A stretch of 64,000 nucleotides of DNA, from positions 977,130-1,041,129 of the forward strand of contig OZ242351.1 in the NCBI GenBank assembly GCA_965208675.1, written 5' to 3'. The first letter of the stretch is position 1. Every line of letters begins with the position of its first letter. Position numbers and translations under genes: made by a program. Of the stretch, positions 49,840-59,034 are shown one piece after another. The notes under the pieces are model-generated. The model made no database searches and was not told the origin of the DNA. It saw nothing but the letters and a program-made list of their open reading frames with translations. Source of the DNA: Candidatus Poribacteria bacterium (lineage in GTDB: Bacteria > Poribacteria > WGA-4E > PCPOR2b).

Positions 49840-51273
49840 ATGGATACTACGTACTTCCCTACTCGTCCAGTTCTGCTCGTAGACGATGAAGAGCAATTTT
49901 TGTTCAGCGCAAGTTTTGCGTTGATGTCAGAGGGAATTAATCATGTCCGCAAGTGTCACGATAGCCGTGAAGTCATGTCGATACTGTCGGAAGAGGATTT
50001 CTCGGTTGTGGTACTGGATATGTTGATGCCTGGCCTTTCGGGTCGAGACCTTCTACCGTTGATATTGGGTGAATTCCCTGAACTCCCCGTAACGGTTGTC
50101 ACCGCTGAAAACAAAGTCGAAATTGCGGTAGAGTGCATGAGAACTGGCGCGTACGACTTCCTCCTAAAACCGGTGAACAGGACCCGACTCGTTGCAACAG
50201 TTCTGCGCGGCATAGAAATTAGCGAACTGCGGCGCGAAAATCGGCAACTCAAAGACCGCCTGCTTTCGCACACGTTAGAACAGCCTGAAGCGTTCTCCGG
50301 CATTATTACGCAAGACCGATCTATGTATTCCATATTCCAGTACGTAGAGGCGATCGCCCGAACCAACCTACCAGTGTTAATTACAGGGGAAACCGGTGTT
50401 GGAAAAGAACTGATTGCGGCAGCAATCCACAAGGTGAGCGGGCGGGAAGGGGCATTTGTTCCGGTCAATGTGGCGGAGCTTGATGACCATCTATTTGCGG
50501 ACACGCTCTTTGGTCACCGGAAAGGGGCATATACCGGCGCAGATTCATCCCGTAAGGGGTTGATTGAGCGCGCGTCAGATGGCACGCTATTCCTTGACGA
50601 AATCGGCGACCTACGCATGGAGTCTCAAGTCAAGCTGCTCCGCCTCCTTCAAGAAGGAAAATACTACCAGCTTGGCACAGATATGCCGAAGGCTAGTAAC
50701 GCTAGAACAGTAGTCTCCACCAATCGAGACATTCAATTTCTGAGAAATACAGAATCTTTTCGCAAAGACCTCTATTTCCGTCTGCAGACCCATCATATTC
50801 ACCTTCCGCCGCTTCGTGATCGCGCAGGTGATATACCACTATTGGTTTCCCATTTCATTGATGAAGCTGCCGAGTCACTAGGTAAATCTATACCAGCCCC
50901 GCCGCCTGAACTATTTTCCTTACTCGTTAATCACCGTTTCCCGGGAAACATCAGGGAACTTCAAGGAATGGTTTTGGATGCCGTCAGCCGACACAAAGGC
51001 GGAAGACTTTCTATTCAGTCCTTCCAAGAAAAAATTAACTACAAATCTTCAGATTCTAGCGGCAACGGGGAATCAGCCGAAAATGTATTTGCAGACGGGT
51101 TGTCTACGCTGCCTCAATTGCCATCCTTGAAAGCTACCGAGCAGCTTATGATTGATGAAGCCCTGAAGCGCGCCAATGGAAATCAGACCGTTGCCGCAAA
51201 AATATTGGGTATGTCAAGACAAGCGCTGCACAACCGTCTAGCCCGCGCACGGTCTTCAGCGAACGACGTGTGA
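49840..51273 (+). CDS. NtrC-family sigma-54-dependent response regulator (receiver + AAA+ + HTH)
   Basis: Receiver 'LLVDDEE...VVLDMLMPG'. Walker A 'GETGVGKE'. GAFTGA-type loop 'GAYTGA'. 'FRKDLYFRL'. C-terminal HTH 'AAKILGMSRQALHNRL'. Confidence 0.85.
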   Translation: MDTTYFPTRPVLLVDDEEQFLFSASFALMSEGINHVRKCHDSREVMSILSEEDFSVVVLDMLMPGLSGRDLLPLILGEFPELPVTVVTAENKVEIAVECMRTGAYDFLLKPVNRTRLVATVLRGIEISELRRENRQLKDRLLSHTLEQPEAFSGIITQDRSMYSIFQYVEAIARTNLPVLITGETGVGKELIAAAIHKVSGREGAFVPVNVAELDDHLFADTLFGHRKGAYTGADSSRKGLIERASDGTLFLDEIGDLRMESQVKLLRLLQEGKYYQLGTDMPKASNARTVVSTNRDIQFLRNTESFRKDLYFRLQTHHIHLPPLRDRAGDIPLLVSHFIDEAAESLGKSIPAPPPELFSLLVNHRFPGNIRELQGMVLDAVSRHKGGRLSIQSFQEKINYKSSDSSGNGESAENVFADGLSTLPQLPSLKATEQLMIDEALKRANGNQTVAAKILGMSRQALHNRLARARSSANDV

Positions 51274-51614
51274 AACCTCGTTTGATTGCACCAAACGCTA
51301 ATTCCAATCTTGTAACAACCCGCCTTTCTATCCCCCGCTCTCATACCGGTGCGGCATGCGTCGGACTCCTCATCGTTTGATCCTAGTCATGGCATCCAGT
51401 AACTTCAAATCCTAACGGGAAATGCCATTCTGCCGCGCCGCTATGTATCAGTACGTGAGATTCTATTGCAGGATGCGCCTTCGGAAGGTGACGCTGAAAA
51501 CTCGTAACAGTATAACACAATTCACGTCCGGCCATCGGTGCGCGAAAAGCAAAACAAACTCCCCGATTGACGCCAATTCGAAAAACCTGACCTCTGGACC
51601 GGTCTTCTTTTTGC

Positions 51615-51643
51615 TTGATCTTCGTATGGGCATGACATATAAT
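51615..51643 (+). promoter_or_regulatory. sigma-70-type promoter (TTGATC-17-TATAAT) upstream of the SDR gene
   Basis: -35 element at 51615-20, -10 TATAAT at 51638-43, 17-nt spacer. Confidence 0.45.
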
Positions 51644-51664
51644 TTCAACCACGATCCTTTTTTA

Positions 51665-51694
51665 AAACCGAGTTTTTTCTTCAAAACTCGGTTT
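51665..51694 (+). other. perfect 12-bp stem hairpin at the start of the SDR 5' leader
   Basis: AAACCGAGTTTT-ttcttc-AAAACTCGGTTT, about 20 nt downstream of the predicted -10 and 65 nt before the ATG at 51760. Confidence 0.5.
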
Positions 51695-51759
51695 CTTCAT
51701 TACATTATGGCTGGACAAGACGAAATGGATTGGATACGCTCTAAATCAGGAGACAAAAT

Positions 51760-52554
51760 GTGGGATTACTAACAGACAAAGTTGCTGTTGTGACGGGCGC
51801 CGGACGGGGCGTTGGCAGAGCGGTCGCAGACGAGTTAGCCGAGGCTGGAGCGGCGGTTGCGCTGGCTGCCCGAACTGTCAGTGAAATCGAGAGTGCCGCA
51901 GAGACAATCCGGGCGGACGGGCGCCGCGCAATTACGGTACCCACCGACGTAACGCGCCAATCAGAGGTTGATGCGCTATTCGCCCGTACCCGCGAAGAAC
52001 TGGGGGAAGTCGATATTCTTGTGAACAACGCAGCGATTATTGGTCCTACGGGCAAACTATGGGAAACGAATCTGTCGGATTGGCACGATATTTTTGACAT
52101 CAACCTATTCAGTATGGTGCGGTGCGCATCGGCAGCTCTTCCCTCCATGGTTGAACGCGGTTACGGCAAGATAATCAACGTCGGATCGACCGCAGGCTGG
52201 ACGGATTCGTGGGTACCCGGAAATGCGGAACAGGCGGCGTATGCGGCGACTAAAGCCGCAATCATGCGTTTCAGCGTGTGTCTGGCGCAACAAGTCAAAG
52301 GCGATGGCGTGAACGTAAATTGTGTCGGCGTAAGTGCACACACTCGCATGAGCGACGAGGCGCGCCTGGCGTTAGCGCGGGTGCGCGGCACGCCCCCGCC
52401 GCCGACCATGGATGACCTCCCAATCAGTCAGCAGGTGCTGCCAGAGACGAACGCACCGCTGTTTGTCTTTTTGGCGTCATCTATGTCGGATCACATCACC
52501 GGCCAGTATCTTGAAGCTAACCAGATGCCCCACCGCAAGCCTAGGCACCGTTAA
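51760..52554 (+). CDS. short-chain dehydrogenase/reductase (SDR)
   Basis: 'VAVVTGAGRGVGRAVA' TGxxxGxG motif, 'NNAA', catalytic 'YAATKAA'. Confidence 0.8.
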   Translation: MGLLTDKVAVVTGAGRGVGRAVADELAEAGAAVALAARTVSEIESAAETIRADGRRAITVPTDVTRQSEVDALFARTREELGEVDILVNNAAIIGPTGKLWETNLSDWHDIFDINLFSMVRCASAALPSMVERGYGKIINVGSTAGWTDSWVPGNAEQAAYAATKAAIMRFSVCLAQQVKGDGVNVNCVGVSAHTRMSDEARLALARVRGTPPPPTMDDLPISQQVLPETNAPLFVFLASSMSDHITGQYLEANQMPHRKPRHR

Positions 52555-52665
52555 AAAAAGCCGGTAGGCGCGGTTTCCAACCGCACAGGTTTTCACCCAA
52601 AATTAAAAATTAATGAGATCGACTATAACCGAATCCCAAGGCAAATCTACGGCTAAAGAGGGGAC

Positions 52666-53859
52666 ATGAAACAATCACCTATTCGCGTCGGGTTAGTTGG
52701 ATCGGGTTTCGTCGCTAAATTCCACAGCTTGGCTTACAACAATCTATCCTTAGTGTACAATTCTGCGCTGCCTGCGGTCGTACGGACTAGACTCTTTGAT
52801 GTGACGCCTGAACTCGCTGCGGAGGGCGCTGCACAGTTTGGTTGGCAAGAAGCGACGGACGATTGGCGAAACATCACACGCGCCGACGACATCGATCTTG
52901 TCGATATTGTTGCGCCGAACTACGCGCACGCGGAGATTGCCATTGATGCGGCGAAGCACGGCAAACACATTTTCTGTGAAAAACCGCTTGCGCACGATGT
53001 TGCCTCGGCGCGTCAAATGGTCGAAGCGGTTCTTCAAGCAGGATGTGTTCACCAAGTGGGATTTGTGTACCGTATGTGGCCCGCTGTCGCTTTTGCCAAA
53101 GAAATCATTGACACCGGTAAAATCGGTCGGATAATCCACTTCCATTCACGGTTCCTACACGATTACGGACTAGATCCTTCACTGCCGATGAGTTGGCGGT
53201 TCGAATCGGGGAAAGCCGGTGCCGGCAGCATCGGCGACATCGGGTCCCACGCGATTGATATTGGTAGATACCTTGTTGGCGACATTGTCCGTGTTTTCGC
53301 TCGGTCACAAACATTTGTAGGGAAAAGATTAATTGCCCCGCCGGGATTAAGCAACGCCTTTCGCCGCGGTGACGGCGAAATCCAAGAATCATCGGAGTAC
53401 GGCACCGTGGATGTCGATGATGCAACTGACATGTTGGTCGAATTTGAAGACGGCACGATGGGAAATTTTGAGACAAATTGGGCGGCAGCGGGTCACGAGA
53501 ACGAACTCAGTTTTGAGGTGAGCGGTGAGCGCGGCGCCATAAAGTTCAGTTGGCGCCACGCGAATGAATTGTTAGTGCATTCGGCGGATGATCCGGAGAA
53601 TCTGAACGGTTTTCGCACCGTCATTATTGGCCCCATGCATCCGAATGCGGAGTCTTTCGGGCCAGTGCCCGGTCTTGGCATGGGTTATACTGATGCATTT
53701 TATATCGCAATGCGTCAGATGGTTGAATCAATCTCCCGTGGAAAGGCGGATAGCCCGAATTTTATAGACGGCTTGAAAGCCTGCGAGGTAGTGGATGCTG
53801 CTGTGCGTTCATCTGCTTCAGCGCAATGGGAAGAGGTCTATCGTAATTCGGCAGAGTGA
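52666..53859 (+). CDS. Gfo/Idh/MocA-family oxidoreductase
   Basis: 'IRVGLVGSGFVAKFH' Rossmann motif, 'EKPLA'; 397 aa. Confidence 0.7.
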   Translation: MKQSPIRVGLVGSGFVAKFHSLAYNNLSLVYNSALPAVVRTRLFDVTPELAAEGAAQFGWQEATDDWRNITRADDIDLVDIVAPNYAHAEIAIDAAKHGKHIFCEKPLAHDVASARQMVEAVLQAGCVHQVGFVYRMWPAVAFAKEIIDTGKIGRIIHFHSRFLHDYGLDPSLPMSWRFESGKAGAGSIGDIGSHAIDIGRYLVGDIVRVFARSQTFVGKRLIAPPGLSNAFRRGDGEIQESSEYGTVDVDDATDMLVEFEDGTMGNFETNWAAAGHENELSFEVSGERGAIKFSWRHANELLVHSADDPENLNGFRTVIIGPMHPNAESFGPVPGLGMGYTDAFYIAMRQMVESISRGKADSPNFIDGLKACEVVDAAVRSSASAQWEEVYRNSAE

Positions 53860-54207
53860 AGGATTCTCTACAATAGGACTTGCGCAATAAGTTCAAAAGT
53901 CCCCCTGATAAGGGATCAAGCAAACGAATAGTGAGTGCGATAGTCTTGAGGGGGGTTAAAAACACTGAAATAACGACTTTCTAAGTCCAAAATTCCCTTT
54001 TTCTGCTCAATTTGCGTAAGTCCTATACAAATTATTATCGCATTCATCAACACTGTGAGTTTGTGCCCTTCACTAACTAGTTGTCCAGAAAAGACATTTC
54101 CTTAGTCTCTCCCAAAGCGCTGGGTAGTAATGTAATTTCAGAGGACAAAGCGGCATCTCAACCAATCAATCCCCCTAAATCACTATTTCAGAAAGGATAA
54201 GTCGCAA

Positions 54208-55074
54208 ATGAAGCGTAAGTGGAAAACAGCGTTTCTCACAATCTTGGACTATAGCACCATGCCGTCAACCGATGTGATTGAGTCCTTGCGTCGTTTGGGG
54301 TATGAAGGTATCGAGTGGACGATGGATCACTTCGATCCCGATTTGCCGATTGCACAATTGCGCGAACTCGTCTGGCGCACCCGCGACGCTGGCATGGAAG
54401 TATCCCAGATTATGGCGCATACCGACCTGATTTCGCTCGACGACGCCGTACGCAAGCAAAAAATCGATCGGATTGTGCGCGGTATAAGAGCCGCCGGCGA
54501 GTGCGGGGTAAGTGCGGTCAGTGTGTTGACGGGACCGTCGATTTGGGAGTCCGACCACGTCCGAATCGGCGAAGATATGAGCGAGACGGCTGCCTGGGAT
54601 CAGGCGATTGAAGCGATTGAGACTTTCGTCGAAGCCGCTCAGGATTCCAACGTTGTCATCACGTCTGAAGCAGTCTACGGCATGCTTGCCCACGATTTCT
54701 ATACGCATAAATGGCTGGTAGATCAAGTAGACCATCCCGCGCACAAGGTCAATTTCGATCCGTCGCACCACGTCCTCTACGGCATAGAAGATATGCGTTG
54801 GTTAATTCACCAGTGGGGAGATAGAATTGCACATGTTCACATCAAGGACGCGGTTGGGATACCGCAACTCAACAAATTTGTCTTTCCGCTGCTTGGCGAA
54901 GGCAGAGTCAACTGGAAAGATTTCTTCATTGGTCTCGAGGAGATTGACTACCGTGGATTCTGCAGCCTCGAGTTCGAGTCCTTTCGGTTCTACCGCCAAG
55001 TCCTCAAAAACAACCCGGAAGCCGCCGCCCAAATTTTGCTCGAACAGCTAAATGTTCTTCTCGTAGATGATTGA
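54208..55074 (+). CDS. sugar-phosphate isomerase/epimerase (xylose-isomerase-like TIM barrel)
   Basis: 288 aa. 'GYEGIEW', 'HVHIKD', 'GEGRVNW' metal-site pattern typical of AP-endonuclease-2/XI-like TIM barrels. Confidence 0.6.
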   Translation: MKRKWKTAFLTILDYSTMPSTDVIESLRRLGYEGIEWTMDHFDPDLPIAQLRELVWRTRDAGMEVSQIMAHTDLISLDDAVRKQKIDRIVRGIRAAGECGVSAVSVLTGPSIWESDHVRIGEDMSETAAWDQAIEAIETFVEAAQDSNVVITSEAVYGMLAHDFYTHKWLVDQVDHPAHKVNFDPSHHVLYGIEDMRWLIHQWGDRIAHVHIKDAVGIPQLNKFVFPLLGEGRVNWKDFFIGLEEIDYRGFCSLEFESFRFYRQVLKNNPEAAAQILLEQLNVLLVDD

Positions 55075-55120
55075 GTGCGCCCACCGTGATGTAATAACCC
55101 ACAATCTTGAATTTCGTTTT

Positions 55121-55229
55121 TTGTAGGTTGGGTTAAGCGGATTCGTGAATAACGCTGCATAATAGCCATGAGCGCCGCACCTTGATTTAGTTTCAAATTC
55201 CTCATGGCGTAGCGAACCCAACGCTTTTC
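55121..55229. repeat. MITE-like structured repeat, copy A
   Basis: Left end TTGTAGGTTGGGTTAAGCG and right end GCGTAGCGAACCCAACGCTTTTC. The GTTGGGTT/AACCCAAC 8-bp inverted repeat encloses about 85 nt. Confidence 0.6.
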
Positions 55230-55375
55230 TCGTTCCTGCGTGTGAAACCGTCGAAATTTCATCCTAGGGTGACGCAAACGTTTCAATCACGAACTGCAAT
55301 TAAGGTAGAAACGGAGCATGTTGCGCCAATCTAGTTTTTGCAGGTTGGATAGAGCGATCAACCGACCGAACAGTT

Positions 55376-55485
55376 CTTGTAGGTTGGGTTAAGCGGATTC
55401 GCGAATAACGCTGCAAAAGAGCCATGTACGCCGCTCCTTGATTCAGTCTCAAACTCCTCATGGCGTAGCGAACCCAACGCTTTTC
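55376..55485. repeat. MITE-like structured repeat, copy B (preceded by a partial X'Y module at 55338-55373)
   Basis: About 90% identical to copy A, with the same termini. Confidence 0.6.
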
Positions 55486-55582
55486 ATGTCTGTCATTTCG
55501 AAAGCATCCAGACATCGTATCGCGTTCGCCAAGGCAATAACACACCGTGCCTCCATGTCACAACCCGGTGAGAACCACAAAC

Positions 55583-55618
55583 ATGAACACCGATGCCAAA
55601 TCTATTTGGTTACCTTAA
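55583..55618 (+). pseudogene. truncated duplicate of the 5' end of the small membrane-protein gene at 56507
   Basis: 'MNTDAKSIWLP*' versus 'MNTDTKSIWLPQAIV...' of the full gene. The 130 bp upstream are about 85% identical to 56410-56506. Truncation coincides with the start of repeat copy C. Confidence 0.55.
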
Positions 55619-55623
55619 GTTCC

Positions 55624-55768
55624 TGTAGGTTGGGTTAAGCGATCAACCGACCGAATAGGGAGGGCGATAGTTCTAACCTTTAAAGACTAAACGCTGCATA
55701 ATAGCCGTGAGCGCCACACCTTGATTCAGTCTCAAACTCCTCATGGCGTAGCGAACCCAACGCTTTTC
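55624..55768. repeat. MITE-like structured repeat, copy C (carries an extra 29-bp ATCAACCGACCGAATAGGGAGGGCGATAG module)
   Basis: Same termini as copies A and B, with an internal inserted module also present in copy E and at 55352-55373. Confidence 0.6.
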
Positions 55769-55807
55769 TCTATTTTGCCTGTGAAACCGTATTGAGGAAT
55801 CTCAAAA

Positions 55808-56065
55808 ATGAACCGAAGCAACCATTACGTCAAGATTGTTGAATGGTCCGATGAAGATCAAAGTTATATTGGCAGTTGCCCGGGACTCTTTTATGGTGGA
55901 TGCCACGGGGATAATGAACAAAAGGTATTCGCTGAACTGTGTCGCATCGTTGAAGAGACGATTGAACTATATCAGCGAGATGCCAGACCCCTACCATCAG
56001 CGACATCCGGCAAAAACTACGCTAACAAGATGTTGGAATTTGCCGAACAGACCGTAACGCTTTAG
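55808..56065 (+). CDS. HicB-like antitoxin domain protein (UPF0150 family), apparently orphan
   Basis: 'VKIVEWSDEDQSYIGSCPGLFYGGCHGDNEQKVFAELCRIVEETIELY' matches the HicB/UPF0150 core. Confidence 0.5.
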   Translation: MNRSNHYVKIVEWSDEDQSYIGSCPGLFYGGCHGDNEQKVFAELCRIVEETIELYQRDARPLPSATSGKNYANKMLEFAEQTVTL

Positions 56066-56085
56066 CGAGTGATGTTCTTCTAGTT

Positions 56086-56195
56086 CTTGTAGGTTGGGTT
56101 AAGCGGATTCGTGAACAACGCTGCATAAGAGCCATGAACGCCAAACCTAGATTCCCTCTCAAGATTGTCACGACGCAGCGAACCCAACGCTTTTC
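56086..56195. repeat. MITE-like structured repeat, copy D (divergent interior)
   Basis: Same left and right termini; interior diverged. Confidence 0.55.
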
Positions 56196-56267
56196 CTAAA
56201 TCCGAATCTGGTTTGTTCTGCGAAATACGTGCCCGTTTTGACCGACGTATCAAGAGACCGATGAGTT

Positions 56268-56409
56268 CTTGTGGGTTGGGTAGAGCGATCAACCGACCGA
56301 ATAGGGAGGGCGATAGTCTTCTCTATTTTTTGCGTGTATCTTGAACATGCAAGCAGTTTTTTGAATGCGTCCAAGGTTTGTTTGCGCGTAGCGAAACCCA
56401 ACGCTTTTC
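56268..56409. repeat. MITE-like structured repeat, copy E (variant left end GTGGGTTGGGTAGAGCG plus a Y module)
   Basis: Right end GCGTAGCGAAACCCAACGCTTTTC; contains the 29-bp Y module. Confidence 0.55.
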
Positions 56410-56506
56410 CTGTCCGTCATTACGAAAGCGTCTAGACTTCGTATTGCGTTCGCCAAGGAAATAACGCTCCGTATGTCCTAGGCACAACCCGTTTAGAATC
56501 GAAATC

Positions 56507-56833
56507 ATGAATACCGATACGAAATCAATTTGGTTACCCCAAGCCATTGTCATTGCGATGTTAATGGCCGCTCCTTTTTTGATGGACTCTGACGTGTTTT
56601 TCGGATTGCTCAAATTGGTCTGCTGTCCAGTGTTTGCGTATCTTGCATATCACGCGTGGAAGCAAAATAAAACCGTTTGGGTTTGGGTTCTTGGGATCAC
56701 CGCAGTTATATTCAATCCCATTATCCGCGTATACTCAATTTGGGACATGTCGCTACTTGTGGTCTTGGCTAGTATCGGAATAGCCTTCGCCGCTCTCTTC
56801 GTGCTGAATCCCAACAATCCAAAAAATGACTAA
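56507..56833 (+). CDS. small membrane protein (108 aa, 3 TM) of unknown function
   Basis: Three hydrophobic helices. Its promoter and 5' end are duplicated upstream at 55486-55618. Confidence 0.5.
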   Translation: MNTDTKSIWLPQAIVIAMLMAAPFLMDSDVFFGLLKLVCCPVFAYLAYHAWKQNKTVWVWVLGITAVIFNPIIRVYSIWDMSLLVVLASIGIAFAALFVLNPNNPKND

Positions 56834-56900
56834 CGTCAAAATGAGTAGAAAGCATTTGCAGAGATACATTATCGAATTTCAGGAAAGGCATTACACAGGT

Positions 56901-57212
56901 CTATCTTATATTATGATAATAAGCTTGCTCTATCAGGGGTTTTATAATTTCAATATCCGATTCGCTGCGTACTAAACATTGATAGTCCCACCCTGATTTT
57001 CCTATAGGTTTACAAACCCCCATAGGATCATCTATTGACGCGCTGTTAAGGTTTAATTTTACCCTTATAGATTTGGCTTGTGGTTCAATTTTTACAAACC
57101 TACGATCCATGCTGTTAGCCTTAAAACTAATACCATTTTTGGGCGTTCTTACCTCATCATCAGCATTTGGAAAACTTTTAATAACATCAATTAACGACTC
57201 TTTGAGACTCAT
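56901..57212 (-). CDS. hypothetical protein encoded in an AT-rich (about 35% GC) islet
   Basis: 103-aa ORF. Local GC is far below the window mean. Directly flanks the IS elements. Confidence 0.35.
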   Translation of the reverse strand: MSLKESLIDVIKSFPNADDEVRTPKNGISFKANSMDRRFVKIEPQAKSIRVKLNLNSASIDDPMGVCKPIGKSGWDYQCLVRSESDIEIIKPLIEQAYYHNIR

Positions 57213-57660
57213 AATTTATCTTCCTCTATATAGATATTATAGTATCGCCGAGAATCGTCCAAGTGCGATAGTTGGTATTGAAATGGTGTAAATCCACCAA
57301 ACGCCTAATCCTTGCCGTTAGATTTGGTTTTACTCTTTGATTTCATTATCGCCTCCGACAGTTTGCTGATGTGTCTGTCTCTGCAAATCGTGTACTGTCT
57401 TTTGTAAACTTCCAAGTAAGTTTATAATGCTTGATATATTCTCGCCATGCGATTTTACCAGTCTTGACAATTCCCCGTGTGATTGGTCGATGTGTTCTCG
57501 CAAATTGTCGAGTCCGTCGTTAAGATCCATCTTAGTTGCATGATGCCTATCTAATCGGTTAAACTAAGCATTGACAGTAGCAAATTGGAATGACCCCAAA
57601 AAACTGGACAGTGAGCTAAGAAGGATTTTATAATAATTAACCGTCCAGAAAGGGGCTATC

Positions 57661-57954
57661 ATGTCGAAGACAAGACGTCAATTTACACCCGAATTTAAGC
57701 TCGAATGTGTACTAGATATCATCAGTGGGCGGAAACGCCCAGTCGAAATTTGTAACGAATATCAAATCAGCGATACCTTACTGTCCAAATGGCGCCAACA
57801 CTTCATGGAAAACGCTGCGAATCTCTTTGTGGGTGAGCAGAACCACAAGAACGCCTCCAATGCGCGCATCGCTGAACTGGAGCGTCTCGTCGGGCAATTG
57901 ACACTGGAGCTGTCTGCCTCAAAAAAAGTATTGAGTTACTTCGACTCTCGATAA
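57661..57954 (+). CDS. IS3-family transposase OrfA (HTH)
   Basis: 'RRQFTPEFKLECV...LLSKWRQ' IS3 OrfA HTH and leucine zipper. Confidence 0.8.
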   Translation: MSKTRRQFTPEFKLECVLDIISGRKRPVEICNEYQISDTLLSKWRQHFMENAANLFVGEQNHKNASNARIAELERLVGQLTLELSASKKVLSYFDSR

Positions 57955-57968
57955 AGCAGAAACGGGAA

Positions 57969-58793
57969 TTGGCGAAACGCGGCAGCGAAGCATTTCCCAT
58001 TAGCCTACTGTGTAATGTGCTCGGCTTGTCTCGAAGCAGTTTCTATTACGATTCCAAAGCCGATGGTGATGCTCAGCTTTGCCGGCATATCGAGCAAATA
58101 CGTTTATCAAATCACCGCTATGGGTATCGCAGAATCACAAATGAACTGCATCGTCAAGGATTGGTTGTCAACCGAAAACGGGTGCAACGTCTGGTTGGCG
58201 CACTAGGGCTTCAGGTACGTCCTAGGCGAAAGCGGGTTATCACCACCAACAGTCAACCCGGACGATATGCGTATCCGAATTTGCTCAAAGATTTATCAGT
58301 CACTTATCCTGACCAGATATGGTGTGCAGATATCACCTATGTTCCACTGGCTAGTGGTCAAATGGCTTATCTGGCGTTATTGTTTGATGTTTTTACTCGA
58401 ACCATAAGAGGCTGGGAGTTGTCAAAAAACATGTCAGTTAACCTGCTGTCTGGGGCTTTGAGAAAAGCATTAGCAAGACAGCATCGTCCGCAAATCCATC
58501 ATTCAGACCGAGGTGGACAGTACATTGCTGAGAAGTATTGTCAGCAATTGAGAGCGATAGCGTGCCGCATTTCCATGACGGACCGTGGGAAACCGTGGCA
58601 GAATCCATACGTTGAGAGTACGATTGGCAGAATCAAAGACGAGTATATCGTTGACTCCGAGTATCAGAATTTCCGGGATGCATACAACCAACTTAGTCTA
58701 GTATTAGATGTCGTGTATAATCAGAAAAGGCCTCATTCAGCGCTAGGCTATCGGACACCTGCTGAATTCGAGGCAGCGTATAATGCACACTAG
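57969..58793 (+). CDS. IS3-family transposase OrfB (DDE/rve integrase core)
   Basis: 'IWCADITYVPLASGQMAYLALLFDVFTRTIRGWELS' and 'HSDRGGQY' DDE motifs. Confidence 0.8.
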   Translation: MAKRGSEAFPISLLCNVLGLSRSSFYYDSKADGDAQLCRHIEQIRLSNHRYGYRRITNELHRQGLVVNRKRVQRLVGALGLQVRPRRKRVITTNSQPGRYAYPNLLKDLSVTYPDQIWCADITYVPLASGQMAYLALLFDVFTRTIRGWELSKNMSVNLLSGALRKALARQHRPQIHHSDRGGQYIAEKYCQQLRAIACRISMTDRGKPWQNPYVESTIGRIKDEYIVDSEYQNFRDAYNQLSLVLDVVYNQKRPHSALGYRTPAEFEAAYNAH

Positions 58794-59034
58794 AACACCA
58801 ATCGATATTTAATCTTGAATTAACAACGCAGCACTAACACAGTTATAGGTTAAGTCCTAAACTTCAAAATACCTTCTTAACATCGACATTTTCGTGTCCA
58901 AACAATTGGGGTCACTGCCAATTATAATTACCCCCAAAAACTAGACAGTGTCTTAAGGTGGAATTGTTGCTGTCAAAACGGCCATGTTATGAGCCATAAT
59001 AAGGCTCAGCAATGCCAAGAATTGCGAAAGGAGT

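Larger units (their letters stand above)
57591..58914 (+). mobile_element. IS3-family insertion sequence (copy 1), about 1.32 kb
   Basis: Terminal inverted repeats TGACCCCAAAAAACTGGACAGTG ... TTGGGGTCA. orfA 57661..57954 and orfB 57969..58793 lie in the -1 frame. A7G slippery site at 57921-57928. Confidence 0.8.

Noticed and set aside
51422-51772. A 116-aa ORF upstream of the SDR gene.
   Set aside because: It overlaps the predicted promoter and the perfect hairpin, has low-complexity sequence and no RBS. It is probably non-coding leader.
54990-55545. Minus-strand ORFs (81-98 aa) encoding 'EKRWVRYAMRxLxLNQGAAxMAxxQRYSRIRLTQPT' across repeat copies A and B.
   Set aside because: The peptide similarity only reflects nucleotide identity of the repeat unit. 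Substitutions are not biased to synonymous sites, and the ORFs run across repeat termini.
55121-56409. A CRISPR array was considered for the repeat cluster.
   Set aside because: Units are 110-145 bp with conserved interiors and inverted-repeat ends, not 28-37 bp direct repeats separated by unique spacers. No cas genes or leader are present.
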